Source of the DNA: Myxococcales bacterium
GTDB lineage: Bacteria; Myxococcota_A; Polyangia; Polyangiales; DASUME01
Direction: 5' to 3'
Assembly: GCA_047601445.1 (NCBI GenBank)
Contig: JASGJH010000001.1
Coordinates: 5,568,001 to 5,632,000, forward strand
DNA: 64,000 nt
The position numbers and the translations under genes were made by a program. This document shows positions 1-10,023 of this stretch, one piece after another. The first letter of the stretch is position 1. Each line of letters starts with the position of its first letter. The notes below the pieces were generated by a model. The model did not search any database, was not told where the DNA came from, and saw nothing but the letters and a program-made list of their open reading frames with translations.

Positions 1-311
1 TCATGAAGTCCACTTCGGACAAAGCTCGGATAGACGCCAAGCTCGTCGTATTCGATCGCTGTCACAATGGGCGTCGCATCAGTGGCAGTCTGTGTCGCTC
101 GAATCACGTTGCCACGGTCGTCGCGCACCAAGGTAACAGCGTGACGCGCTGCTTCAGGCTGCGTGGTCTCCGGTTCGAGGTACCTGACCTCGCGAAGAAG
201 CCCATGAGAGTCATAGTCATAGGTCACCCGAGACTCCTTTGGAACCTCCGTGGTGTTCTCTCTGTTCTCCACATCGGTTGTCGTCACCTTCCGTGGCAGG
301 CCGATGAGCCA
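1..311 (-). pseudogene. Out-of-frame continuation of the giant gene (YD/RHS repeat region), open to the window edge
   Basis: Shifting +1 at ~312 gives WLIGLPRKVTTT...RVTYDYDSHGLLREV...VRDDRGNVIR...IEYDELGVYPSF with no stop to position 1, whereas the annotated frame ends about 30 codons later in non-RHS sequence. Confidence 0.8.
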
Positions 312-3300
312 TCGAATCAACGTAGGAGGGGTCCTGAACGTACATCGGCTCGGTCGCCTCAACGTGTGTCTTCTTGGTGTTCCACCAGACCTTCTTGAGC
401 GTCAGGTTGCCATAGTCGTCGTACGTGTAGAACGTGGTCCCAGCGACATGGACATGATCTACCAGGTCCGTCTCGTCGCGGAGCTCCGTCGAAACGCTAT
501 CGAACACCACAAAAGGACGGTTTTCCGGAGAGTGTTTGAGCGTCCAAGTATTGCCCGTGACCCATCTTTCGACTTGAGGAACAGAACCATTGAGATCATT
601 GGCGGGCGTGCTCGACGTCACAACAACCCGAATCGGTCGGCCTGCCTTCCAGTAATACCGAGTGGCATCGTCCTGCGTGGCATTGTCAAAGAATTCTTCC
701 GTCTTGCGGAGAACGTGCTGCGTGGACCCCAATCGCTCCTGCAGCGTGCGAGAATCGAACCCAACAAAGCCACGACCACGAATGTCGTAGTTCATCCCTT
801 GGTAGGAATAATCGAGGACTCGATCCAGGTCGGCGAGCCCCATGCTGCCGGTTAGGGTCTTCACCGTCGTCTTCATCTGCGTGACGATGTACCCCGGCAA
901 CCTTCGCAAGCCACGGGCTGGATAGACCGCGCCCGGCTGACCTGGTGAAGGATATCCGAGGGGTCCCAGTAGAAAGCGACCGTCCCCATTCGTTGCATAC
1001 GCAAATGACGTCGTCGCTCCCAGTCCATCGACCACTTGGTCGAGGTGATCGGTCCGGGGCTTTCCTAGGTTCAGCTTGAAGATTGGGTTGCGTCGGTCTC
1101 CGCTGCCCGGAATCGCCCGGAACAGGATGTCTTGAGCGCCATCGCCGTTGACATCCAAGATCGTTGGTGCGTTGTAGTCATACTCGTGCCAGGTCTTGGA
1201 CCTAAGCACGCCCACTTTTGTCGTGCCGCTGAACACGTCGAAGTCGGTATCACGAGGGACGAAGATCTCCCACGCACGATTGGCCAACGCTTCCGGACCG
1301 ATTCTAAACCAGCTTCTCGGGCCATTGCTCTCAGAAGGCATCCAGACCTCCTGGCGGCCGTCGGAGTCCGAATCGGCCACGAATGCCTGATCGAACCGAC
1401 TCGTATTAAAGTTGCGGCTGCTGGAACGCGTCCACCCCTTTCCGGTCCCCAGATACAAGACGAGCTTGTCGTTGCCCTCCGCGGTCACGAAGTCGGTAAT
1501 CCCGTCCCCGTTCGCGTCAAGAGGCCTGCGCCGTCCTTCGGGAAGCGGCCAATAGCCGACGTACTGGAACTGAAAGCCGCCGTCGACCTTGCGCAGAACA
1601 CTTACGTTCTTGTCCTCATCCACGCACACGAGGTCGCCCACGCCATCCTCGTCGGCGTGAATCTTGAGCAATGGGATGCCGATGCACTCGTTCGCGACTT
1701 CGACGGCTGGGAGGAAGTCCACGTACTGCGAATAGTCATTGGACGAGCTCGTGGTGAGTCTCGTCGTGTTATTGATGTAGACCCATTTCTTGTCGCCCTT
1801 CCACGTAACGAAGTCCTCGCGCCCATCACCATCCACGTCGACCAGTTCAAAGCGTTGACCAGCGCTAGCGACGCCTTCCTCGTGCTCCACTACATCGGCA
1901 AGGTCCACGAGCTGGTCGAACTGGCCGCCCCAGAACGAGAAGACTTGATTGTTGAGGACAAAATCGGAAAGGCCATCGCTGTTCAGGTCGGTGACCTTGA
2001 TCTCCGGTGGCAAGTAGTCGCGACAGAACGCCGCACCGGGCGCGGACGCGCACTCTCTGAACGGCCCGGGAAACGTATATCCCGGAAACATGTCGATCGG
2101 ATCATCGAAGAAGCGACCGTCACTTCCCTTGCTGCCGCGCGAACGACGGAACAAGTAGCGTTCTTCGAAGTGGTCCTTCTTTCTTACGAGCCCCGTAGTG
2201 ACCAAGTCGTCGTTACCGTCGCCGTCGGCGTCAATCGAGATCGAGTGATAGCGGTGGTAGGCGTCCTGGTCCTTCGAGATAATGTGGGCAGCGCGATCAT
2301 TGATTTTCGCGTCCTGCGGCAAAGGAGCCCGTCGCGTACCGTAGAAGAACACGGTCGGCGGCAGGCAGTGCTCGCCTTGGGTGTCGTTCGTGCACATCGC
2401 GATGTTGTCGACGAACCAGCGGTCCTGTTCCTGCGTCGCCGTGATCCGGTACGATCTCACCACCTTGCCATAGAAAAGGGTCTCGATTCTCGATAGCGGC
2501 TCCGCAAAATGGACGCCGACGCCACCGGCGAATCGACGAACTCGCGTATCACCCATCGTCGGCTGGTACGTGAAGCGAACCGCGAGTTTTTGACCGTCGC
2601 CACCGTAGGTGATCAACGAGGGACGCAACTCCCCGATGTAGGTTTGATTCCCCGTCTCAACCTCCGTGGCCTCATAGCGGAAAGCGATCATGTTGGCAGC
2701 TCGGTCAGCGATGGCCGACAACATCCAACCCACGTAGACCTTGCGATGCGCGGCGGTGCCTGCGCCTAGTCCAATCTTCTCACCGACTGCACCGAGCCAG
2801 GTCAGACGATCGCGCCAAATGCGGGACTCATCCGTCGCTCCGTAGATCATCACCCGACCGTCACGCGCCATGACGACCCAGTATTCTGGCCCGCGATAAT
2901 TTCCGCTCGCGTCGTTGTTGCCACCAAACGCCATAACCCTGGAGAAGGTCTCGATCTCCGTTCGGTATTCGGCGAAGCCTTGGCCGTCCTCGTTAACACG
3001 CACCAGTTGCTTCCCGTCCAGACAGAATTGGTCGCTCTCATCGAGCTGAATGCCACCGGCGCGCGAGTTCTGGGCGTACGTGCTGGGACAGCGCCGAATG
3101 CCCGAGAGGCCGGTAAGCGACCAACCGTGGCCAACAACGCCACCGCTGGCTGAACTGTCATACTGCAAGGCGAGCACAGGTTGCAGCCCGCCAGTGCCTC
3201 CAGGTACTTCGATCGGAATCGAGTAGCTTGCAGTGCCTACGTCGGTCGCGGCAGCCGAGCCGACGAGCGCTCCAACGTTTGGAATCGGAAAGCTCGCCAC

Positions 3301-6300
3301 GGAAGCCGTGAGATTTGGGTCCAGATCGAAGGTGGGGCCGAGCGTATTGATGATGTCGTCGATGTCGCGTGCCTGGCGGTAGAGGCACAGGCCGTCTCCG
3401 CAATAGCGCGTGACGCAGTTCTCTCCGTTCTGGTCGCAGGTTCGGCCCGTGGCGCACGTTCCGCAGGATTCGCCTGTACTGTCAGTACCGCACTCGGCCG
3501 CGCCGCAGCGGCTCTTCTGGTGCCCCACCGGACACGTGCCGCAAGGCTCGCCCGCGGTGCCACAGCGCAGACGGCGGCTATCGTAGTCCGCACACACCGC
3601 CGGCCAACAAACGTTGGTCCCGGCAGCAAGGCCAAGGTACTCCCCCTTCCCAAATCCGCAGGAATACCCAGGGGCGCAGTCCGAGTCGCGGCGACAGCCG
3701 CCCGCCAACCCGGGGCAAACGCCGTCGCAAACGCCACCGCAGCCGTCAGCCGCGTCCGCACCACACGAAACGCCCTGGCAGTTCGGAGTGCAAATACAAT
3801 CACCACATGGGCTCCCCGGCCCGCAGCTTGTGCAGTTGGTAGGGACGCAGACGAAGGCCGAAAGCTGTTGCTCGAAAGCGGCGCCGTTGGGGACCGTGGG
3901 ACATCGCATGCCAACGGGGCACACGCCACCGGTCTCGGGATCGCACAAGTTCAGCGCACTAGCGCGGTCGCTGGCTCCATGAGTACAGCCCTCACCGCAG
4001 TACGCCGTCAGGGCGGTGTCACAAACCTCTCCATTGCTAAGCACGCCGTCACCGCAAGAGCAGGCCGGATCGAGGGTGCAGGGTACCGCGGCTGACGCAA
4101 CCTGCCGCGGCTCGCTGAGTCCTGCGAACGCTTCGCCCCCACCACCGAGCACTCCGCCGATGCGCAACGCTCCGAGCGTGAACGCGAAGTTCGGGATGGC
4201 ATACTCGGAAGACGAGACGGGATCTGTACCCGAAGGCGGCGGCGCGCCGACCTCTGGTGCACCGCGAACCGTGATGCGATCGTTTGCTAGGTCGAACGTC
4301 AGGCGGAAGACATCCCCTCGGTCCCAATTCAGCGTCGGCGTGGAAAACGTACCGCCGTCGTGACGAATCACGATCTGGGCACCGGTCGAGCCAGACGAAT
4401 GGACGAGGGCGATATCGCGAGCGCTCCCCAACGAAATTAGTGTGTAGCGTTCACCAGGGCGCATCTCGTCGGGTGCATAGGTGGGCGACACATCGATCTG
4501 CCACGTACCCTGGGCGATCCAATTCGGCACACCCGCGGCGGCAAACGTGAGCTCGTCGGCCGCGCGCGTGGCTACGGCGGCCTCCGTCGGGATATACGAG
4601 GTAGGAAAGGGCTGAGCCTCAAGTTGGAAGCCCCATACGAGGAAGGCATCGGTCGCGAGCTCCTCGAGCCCACTCTCTGGCCAGCCTCCTTCTTGCGACA
4701 ACACTACATTGCCAGTTGCGGCCGAGATCAGGCTTTCTGTTACCTCGAGGCGCTCCCACACATTCGGGACCGTTAGGACGCTCGAGGCGATACTCCCCGT
4801 TCCGCCAGCGTTCGTTAGCAATAGTCGTACCTGCGGATCGTCAACCACCCCCTCGGAAGACGACCGCGCGAACACGCTCAAGCTGATGGGGCCTGTGCCT
4901 AGGGCAACCGTTTGCTTCGGCGTCCGGCCGGCACCGACGAGAGGAATCAGCTGGTCGGCAGTTACGAGGCCGTCTGGTGAATTCTCAACGTCCGCGTCAG
5001 GATCCAAGGTCGCTTCGCCGCGGTCCCACTGGGGCTCGTGCTCGATTGCCGAGGACCATTTGAGAAGGTTGGTCGAGGCACCTTCAAAGAGTGCCAGGCG
5101 CACTCCTCCTGCGTCGTACCATCGCAATTCTCCGGTGCGCGTCTTGGCAACTTCCCCAGCTCGCGTCAGGTGGGTTGCTGCACTGCTCCGCGTAAAGCTA
5201 CCGCTCGAGAAACGAAGTGCATCAAGAGCTGGTGGCACGCCGGCAGACTGGGCGCTCACACATGTGTTGGCGCACTGCTGACCCGAACAGGCTTGACAGG
5301 GGCCGCCGCAATCCGTGCCTGCCTCGTTTGCGTCACGTACGCCGTTCTCGCAGCTGGGCTGTCTGCAGCTGCCGGATGCGCAGATCAGGCCCCTCTCACA
5401 GCCGAAGTCCGCCGTGCACGCAACTCCCTCATCGGCGCGACAGATAGGCTCGTCGGCGCAGTCCGCAGCATCCGCACAGTCAGAAAGGCCGTCTTGGTCG
5501 TTGTCTACGCCATCATCACAATCGTAGTCGACCGTGGCGAGGCCCGCACAGGTGAGATTGCACGTGTGATTCGCATAGAAATCACAAGCTTCCCCGCCAG
5601 TCACGAAGCCGTCACCACAGACCACGCAATCGGGATCGGACTGACAAAGCTGAGAAGCACTCGCAACCAAACGCGGCTCCGACAATCCGGCGAAAGCCTC
5701 CGAACTCGCCCCCAAGACCCCACCCACGCGAAGCGCGGCATTGGTGAATGTAAAGGGCGCCTGAACGCTCACCGTCCCAAGCGTCGCTCCCGTCACCGAA
5801 AGCGATCCTGTCGTGGTGTTCACCGTGACGGTGAAGCTCTTGTTGCGTTCCCAGGTCAGCGAAGCGTCGAATCGCAGCGTATTGCCGGTCTTGACCTGCA
5901 GGCGGCCTTGGGTTCCCGACTTCGTCAAAGCTACAACGTCACTCGCGCCACCGAACGAGAACAGCACGAAGGTCTCCCCGTTCGCCAGCTCCGCGCTCGA
6001 GTACTCCGGCATCACATCAAACTGCCAGGTCCCGCTCCTCATCCAGGTCGGAACTTGAGCCGCCGTAAACGTGAGCTTGTCCGCGTTGCGCTTACGATAG
6101 GAGTCGTTGGTCGGAAGGTACGAGCTCGGAAAGCTGCCCGCTTCCCACTGCACACCCCAGAGGTAGTAGTTCGCTGCCGGCAGTGACGGGATTAGGTCCC
6201 CAAGGCCAGCCGGATAGTTCTGCACATGCGAGGCCGCGAGGTACAGCGGGATGGCCGCCGCTTGCGAGTCCTTGTCGAAGCGCGTCCACTGCTGGGGGAG

Positions 6301-8289
6301 ATCCCAGGCGTCAGCGTTCGCGTACATGTTGCTGATAACCGGATCGAACAGGATGAGCCGGGTCTTGCCGGTCGTCGGGTCGGCGTTCTTCACGTAGGCG
6401 CTCAGCGTGCCGGGACCGTTGGGATTGGCAGCCAGCTGGATCGTCGCCGGAATGCCTCCGGCAGGTGCCAAGAGCTTGTCGGCACTGTTGGTGCCGTCGG
6501 GCGCCGTACCAACGTTTATCTGCAGCTGAATGGGAGCGCCAACCAGGAAGTCGGGCACGAACCAACCGGGGATGGTGCCGAGTTCCTCGGAGCGGATCAC
6601 CGTATTCATGCGCTCGCCTTCGAGAAGCGCCATGCGCTTCTTTCCGGGCGTGCTGACGTAACGGAGTTGGTGGCCGGTGGCCTTCTCGATGCGGCCGTCG
6701 TCCTTGGCGAACGTGGCGAGGCTGCCGCGAATGAAAGTGCCGGTCTCGAAGTCGAGGACCGCGGTGGCGTTCGGGAGGACCTGCTCACCGAGCTTGCAGG
6801 CTAGAGAGCAGACGTTGGTGCAGGAGCCGCACGGACCGCCGCAGTCGACTTCGGTCTCCGCGGGATCCTTTACGCCGTTTTGACAGCTGGGGTCCCAACA
6901 AACGCGTACGGATAAGCTCTGCCCGTACCTCGCGCCATTCCCATCCCCACAGATCAACCCCTGCGCACAATCTGCATCGAGCGCACAGGTCTGCCCCGCC
7001 GCCTTGGGCGCCGGCCCTGCCGCGCCCACGCTGTGCAGCTTGTTGTCATCGCTGCCCACCAAAATCGCGCCGTTCGCACCGATCACCGGGTGCCCTTCGA
7101 CGTTGTTCCAGGTGGTGTACTTCCAGCGCAGATTGCCGCCGGCGTCGACGAAGTAAAGAGAATCATCGTCGCTGCCAAAGTAGATGTTCCCGCCACGGTC
7201 GATGGCGGGGGCGGCGAGGATGGCGCCCAGGGTCGGGAACGCCCAGAGTTCGTCACCGTCGGGTGTGAAGGCGTGGAGTTTGAAGTCGCCGCCTCCGATG
7301 TAGATGACGCCGTTGGCGTCGATCGCGGGCGAGCCTACGTAGGAGCTGCCACTGCCGAGGGTGCGCTCCCAGAGGAGGTTGCCGGTCACGGCGTCGAACG
7401 CGTGGAGCTTATTGGCGTTGGAGGCCACGTAGACTTTGCCGTTGGCCACCGCTGGTGACGATTCGACGTTGGTCACGCCGAGCGCTTTCGCGGGGAACTT
7501 GGCTGCACCACCGGAAGTAAGGCCGTAGAGTTTGTTGTCGTCGGAGGCGAAGTACACGGTGCCGTCGGGTCCAACGGCCGCGGAGGTACGAATGGCGCCG
7601 CCCGTGGCGAACTCCCACTTCTTGCCGAGGCTCGCATTGAATGCGTAGAACTTCCCCGTCTTGCTCCCGATGTACACGCTACCGTCGCCGCCGATGACGG
7701 GGGACGCGGTCACGTCGTCAAACGTGTCGAAGGCCGCGATCTCAGCGTGAGTGGTGGGGCTGATGGCATGGATCTTGTTCGCGTTCGAGCCTGCGTAGAT
7801 GGTTCCATTGGCCCCGATCGCTGGGCTCGACTTGACTTGGTTCCAGAGGAACACTTTCCACTTCTCGGTGCCGTTGGCCGGGTTGATGGCGTAAAGGTAC
7901 CCATCATCCGAAGGCAGATAGATGGTTCCATCGGCTGCAACGGCCGGCGCCGAGCGCACGTCCCACAGCGTGTCGCGAGCCCAGTTGGGTTGCGCGGGGA
8001 GCGTAGCGGGCCCGTAGAGTGAACTCTGTGAGGCGTGACTCGGGCAGCCGCCGCGCATAGGTGATCCTGCGTTCGCCTGCAGGCCCGCCATGTTGCCGCA
8101 TAGGCTCGTCTGCAGGCCCTGCTCGATTCCGTGAACCTCGGGCGCAGCGGAGTTCTCCTCCATGCCCGCGTCGAGTTCATCGTCGTAGGGCTCACCGTCT
8201 TCGCTGGGTGCGAGGCAGCTGAGGAGAGCGACGGAAGCGAGGGTCGGGAGGAATCGCAGAGCGCGCACGGGTGCCTTTCGCCCAAACAC
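217..8289 (-). CDS. Giant exported multidomain toxin-like protein: lipobox, PQQ/BamB-like beta-propeller, Cys-rich linkers, two phage fibre/spike-like modules, SpvB/TcB-like region, FG-GAP repeats, start of YD/RHS region (frameshifted near 312)
   Basis: 2690-aa ORF. N-terminal ALLSC lipobox; repeated SSPAIG..GTIY.GS.D..LYA blades (~7025-7990); GTASYSIPIEVPGGTGGLQPVLALQYDS and GHGWSLTGLSGIRRC (SpvB-like, ~3090-3240); many DxDGDGxxD motifs; DHLDQVVDGLGATTSFAY, GRGFVGF and YDDYGNL typical of TcB/RHS-type proteins. Start may be the GTG at 8268. Confidence 0.85.
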   Translation of the reverse strand: MFGRKAPVRALRFLPTLASVALLSCLAPSEDGEPYDDELDAGMEENSAAPEVHGIEQGLQTSLCGNMAGLQANAGSPMRGGCPSHASQSSLYGPATLPAQPNWARDTLWDVRSAPAVAADGTIYLPSDDGYLYAINPANGTEKWKVFLWNQVKSSPAIGANGTIYAGSNANKIHAISPTTHAEIAAFDTFDDVTASPVIGGDGSVYIGSKTGKFYAFNASLGKKWEFATGGAIRTSAAVGPDGTVYFASDDNKLYGLTSGGAAKFPAKALGVTNVESSPAVANGKVYVASNANKLHAFDAVTGNLLWERTLGSGSSYVGSPAIDANGVIYIGGGDFKLHAFTPDGDELWAFPTLGAILAAPAIDRGGNIYFGSDDDSLYFVDAGGNLRWKYTTWNNVEGHPVIGANGAILVGSDDNKLHSVGAAGPAPKAAGQTCALDADCAQGLICGDGNGARYGQSLSVRVCWDPSCQNGVKDPAETEVDCGGPCGSCTNVCSLACKLGEQVLPNATAVLDFETGTFIRGSLATFAKDDGRIEKATGHQLRYVSTPGKKRMALLEGERMNTVIRSEELGTIPGWFVPDFLVGAPIQLQINVGTAPDGTNSADKLLAPAGGIPATIQLAANPNGPGTLSAYVKNADPTTGKTRLILFDPVISNMYANADAWDLPQQWTRFDKDSQAAAIPLYLAASHVQNYPAGLGDLIPSLPAANYYLWGVQWEAGSFPSSYLPTNDSYRKRNADKLTFTAAQVPTWMRSGTWQFDVMPEYSSAELANGETFVLFSFGGASDVVALTKSGTQGRLQVKTGNTLRFDASLTWERNKSFTVTVNTTTGSLSVTGATLGTVSVQAPFTFTNAALRVGGVLGASSEAFAGLSEPRLVASASQLCQSDPDCVVCGDGFVTGGEACDFYANHTCNLTCAGLATVDYDCDDGVDNDQDGLSDCADAADCADEPICRADEGVACTADFGCERGLICASGSCRQPSCENGVRDANEAGTDCGGPCQACSGQQCANTCVSAQSAGVPPALDALRFSSGSFTRSSAATHLTRAGEVAKTRTGELRWYDAGGVRLALFEGASTNLLKWSSAIEHEPQWDRGEATLDPDADVENSPDGLVTADQLIPLVGAGRTPKQTVALGTGPISLSVFARSSSEGVVDDPQVRLLLTNAGGTGSIASSVLTVPNVWERLEVTESLISAATGNVVLSQEGGWPESGLEELATDAFLVWGFQLEAQPFPTSYIPTEAAVATRAADELTFAAAGVPNWIAQGTWQIDVSPTYAPDEMRPGERYTLISLGSARDIALVHSSGSTGAQIVIRHDGGTFSTPTLNWDRGDVFRLTFDLANDRITVRGAPEVGAPPPSGTDPVSSSEYAIPNFAFTLGALRIGGVLGGGGEAFAGLSEPRQVASAAVPCTLDPACSCGDGVLSNGEVCDTALTAYCGEGCTHGASDRASALNLCDPETGGVCPVGMRCPTVPNGAAFEQQLSAFVCVPTNCTSCGPGSPCGDCICTPNCQGVSCGADAADGCGGVCDGVCPGLAGGCRRDSDCAPGYSCGFGKGEYLGLAAGTNVCWPAVCADYDSRRLRCGTAGEPCGTCPVGHQKSRCGAAECGTDSTGESCGTCATGRTCDQNGENCVTRYCGDGLCLYRQARDIDDIINTLGPTFDLDPNLTASVASFPIPNVGALVGSAAATDVGTASYSIPIEVPGGTGGLQPVLALQYDSSASGGVVGHGWSLTGLSGIRRCPSTYAQNSRAGGIQLDESDQFCLDGKQLVRVNEDGQGFAEYRTEIETFSRVMAFGGNNDASGNYRGPEYWVVMARDGRVMIYGATDESRIWRDRLTWLGAVGEKIGLGAGTAAHRKVYVGWMLSAIADRAANMIAFRYEATEVETGNQTYIGELRPSLITYGGDGQKLAVRFTYQPTMGDTRVRRFAGGVGVHFAEPLSRIETLFYGKVVRSYRITATQEQDRWFVDNIAMCTNDTQGEHCLPPTVFFYGTRRAPLPQDAKINDRAAHIISKDQDAYHRYHSISIDADGDGNDDLVTTGLVRKKDHFEERYLFRRSRGSKGSDGRFFDDPIDMFPGYTFPGPFRECASAPGAAFCRDYLPPEIKVTDLNSDGLSDFVLNNQVFSFWGGQFDQLVDLADVVEHEEGVASAGQRFELVDVDGDGREDFVTWKGDKKWVYINNTTRLTTSSSNDYSQYVDFLPAVEVANECIGIPLLKIHADEDGVGDLVCVDEDKNVSVLRKVDGGFQFQYVGYWPLPEGRRRPLDANGDGITDFVTAEGNDKLVLYLGTGKGWTRSSSRNFNTSRFDQAFVADSDSDGRQEVWMPSESNGPRSWFRIGPEALANRAWEIFVPRDTDFDVFSGTTKVGVLRSKTWHEYDYNAPTILDVNGDGAQDILFRAIPGSGDRRNPIFKLNLGKPRTDHLDQVVDGLGATTSFAYATNGDGRFLLGPLGYPSPGQPGAVYPARGLRRLPGYIVTQMKTTVKTLTGSMGLADLDRVLDYSYQGMNYDIRGRGFVGFDSRTLQERLGSTQHVLRKTEEFFDNATQDDATRYYWKAGRPIRVVVTSSTPANDLNGSVPQVERWVTGNTWTLKHSPENRPFVVFDSVSTELRDETDLVDHVHVAGTTFYTYDDYGNLTLKKVWWNTKKTHVEATEPMYVQDPSYVDSMAHRPATEGDDNRCGEQREHHGGSKGVSGDL

Positions 8290-8800
8290 GAAGGCGTCGG
8301 CGCGTCAGGCCTGTGCCCAAGTGCGGGACAAGGATCGGAGAAGTTGTCGTCCTTGAACTACGCGATGCGCTTTCGCGCGTCCAGGTTGGGGGCACGGTTA
8401 AAGCGTAGGTCTCTGTTACAGTCAGCGGTGAACGCAGCGCGCAGCAAGCGGCCTTGCGCGGTCCCATGGTTGGTGCGCTTTCAATCGACATGCAGAGATA
8501 GTCAGAACTGACACTTTCTGGACTCGCGTGACCACGTCTTCGTGGATGCGCCGACCAAGCTGAGCAATCTGCAATCGATAGGGAGCGACGGTTTCAACCA
8601 AGGTCAGGTCGCCGCATCGTGGTCGCAATAGTTGAACTATCGGCCTGAAATGCTGCCCCTTCTAGCTCGCCGAACTTTGGGCCCGCGTAGGCCGAGGGGA
8701 AGGCCTGGTGCCAGGTCAGAATCAGCTGAAGGAGCGCACTGCGCATCGAACTGAGGAGCGCGTGCCGAACGTCAATCTTGGGGCACGCCCCCCACACCCT

Positions 8801-9763
8801 TCACCTCGGAGTGCGCCGATACTCCGCCGGCGCCACGCCCACTTCGCGCTTGAACGCGCGGCTGAACGCGGCCTCCGATCCGTAGCCGACCTCGGACGCG
8901 ATCTGCACGAGCTTCTTGCCGCCTGCAGCCAATTCCGCGGACGCCAACTGCATGCGCCAGCGCGCCAGGTATTGCATCGGTGGCATGCCCACCAAATGAA
9001 GGAAGCGCGCTGCGAGCACCGAGCGCGAAGCGCCGCTCTCGCGCGCGAGTTCCTCGAGGGACCACGGATGCGCTGGGCGTGCATGGAGCAGGCTCAGAGA
9101 ACGGCCCACGGCGGTGTCGCGCAGACCGGCCAACCAGCCCACGTCGTCCTCGGGGAGCGAGGCGATGTAGCGGCGCACGACCTCGACGAATAGGAGCTCA
9201 CTCACGCGCGCGATCACGATGCCGCTGCCGGAGCTCTGCGTGGAGGACTCGCTCAGCGCCAGCTGTACGAGCTGGGTGAGGTTCGCTCCGTCGGCCTGGG
9301 GACGCACGTGCAGCACGCGTGGCAGGTTGTCGAGCAAGGGGTTGAACGGACGCGCGTCGCAGCCGAGGAAACCGCAGATGAGGCGCGCCGTCGGTGCCTT
9401 GCGCTGCTCACCCAGCGAGAGCGCGATGGGCAAGCGAGCGGTGTGGCTGTGATCACTGTTCCAGGTGGGGTCGCCGCGCAGTCCGGGCGCACTGGCCATC
9501 GTGTGGGCGTCGCCCTGGGGAAACACGATGATGTCCCCGGCCTCGAGCCGAATCGGCGCATCGCCGACCAGGCCGCCGTAACAGCTGCCCTCGGTGACCA
9601 GGTGATACTCGATGACGTGCTCCGCGCCGGGCAGCACGTGGTGCGCGAGGTCGCGCGCGGCGGGCGCCTCGGCCACCCAGGGCTCGTTCGCCTGCACCGA
9701 AAAGAACACGGCGCCCTGAAGGCGAACCGCCCGTAAGACCTCGGAAAGGACGTCCTGGCTCAT
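8801..9763 (-). CDS. AraC family transcriptional regulator with N-terminal cupin domain
   Basis: MSQDVLSEVLRAVRLQGAVFF start; C-terminal WSLEELA...SRS...PMQYLARWRMQLA...VGYGSEAAFSRAFKREVG. The ORF-track extension to 9907 runs through a repeat element and is probably spurious. Confidence 0.93.
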   Translation of the reverse strand: MSQDVLSEVLRAVRLQGAVFFSVQANEPWVAEAPAARDLAHHVLPGAEHVIEYHLVTEGSCYGGLVGDAPIRLEAGDIIVFPQGDAHTMASAPGLRGDPTWNSDHSHTARLPIALSLGEQRKAPTARLICGFLGCDARPFNPLLDNLPRVLHVRPQADGANLTQLVQLALSESSTQSSGSGIVIARVSELLFVEVVRRYIASLPEDDVGWLAGLRDTAVGRSLSLLHARPAHPWSLEELARESGASRSVLAARFLHLVGMPPMQYLARWRMQLASAELAAGGKKLVQIASEVGYGSEAAFSRAFKREVGVAPAEYRRTPR

Positions 9764-9814
9764 GGAGCGTAGCCGTTCAGGGGCCCGCACACCCCTCGAA
9801 TCAAGGCGCGCTGT

Positions 9815-9892
9815 GAGCGCAGCGAACCTCGCGGCGGGGTGGGTCCCTGCGCAGCTTTGCGGCGCAGGGCGGGGAGGGCGCGTGCCCTCCCC
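9815..9892 (+). repeat. 78-bp structured intergenic repeat, copy A
   Basis: 68/78 identical (manual alignment) to the reverse complement of 36371-36448; hairpins CCCTGCGC..GCGCAGGG and GGGGAGGGC-GCGT-GCCCTCCCC. Confidence 0.9.
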
Positions 9893-10023
9893 GTTAGCAG
9901 ACGCCATGGAGCGAGCACTTTCAGACGCCTAGTCATGCTCAAGGGACGCTCAGTCATGCCCGATTTCCGCGTGAATCCGTAGAACGAACCGACGGGCAGG
10001 TGCCCTCGGAGGAGAACGTTATT

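Noticed and set aside
4090..6755. Prophage remnant
   Set aside because: The phage-like motifs are in-frame domains of one exported protein; no other phage genes are present.
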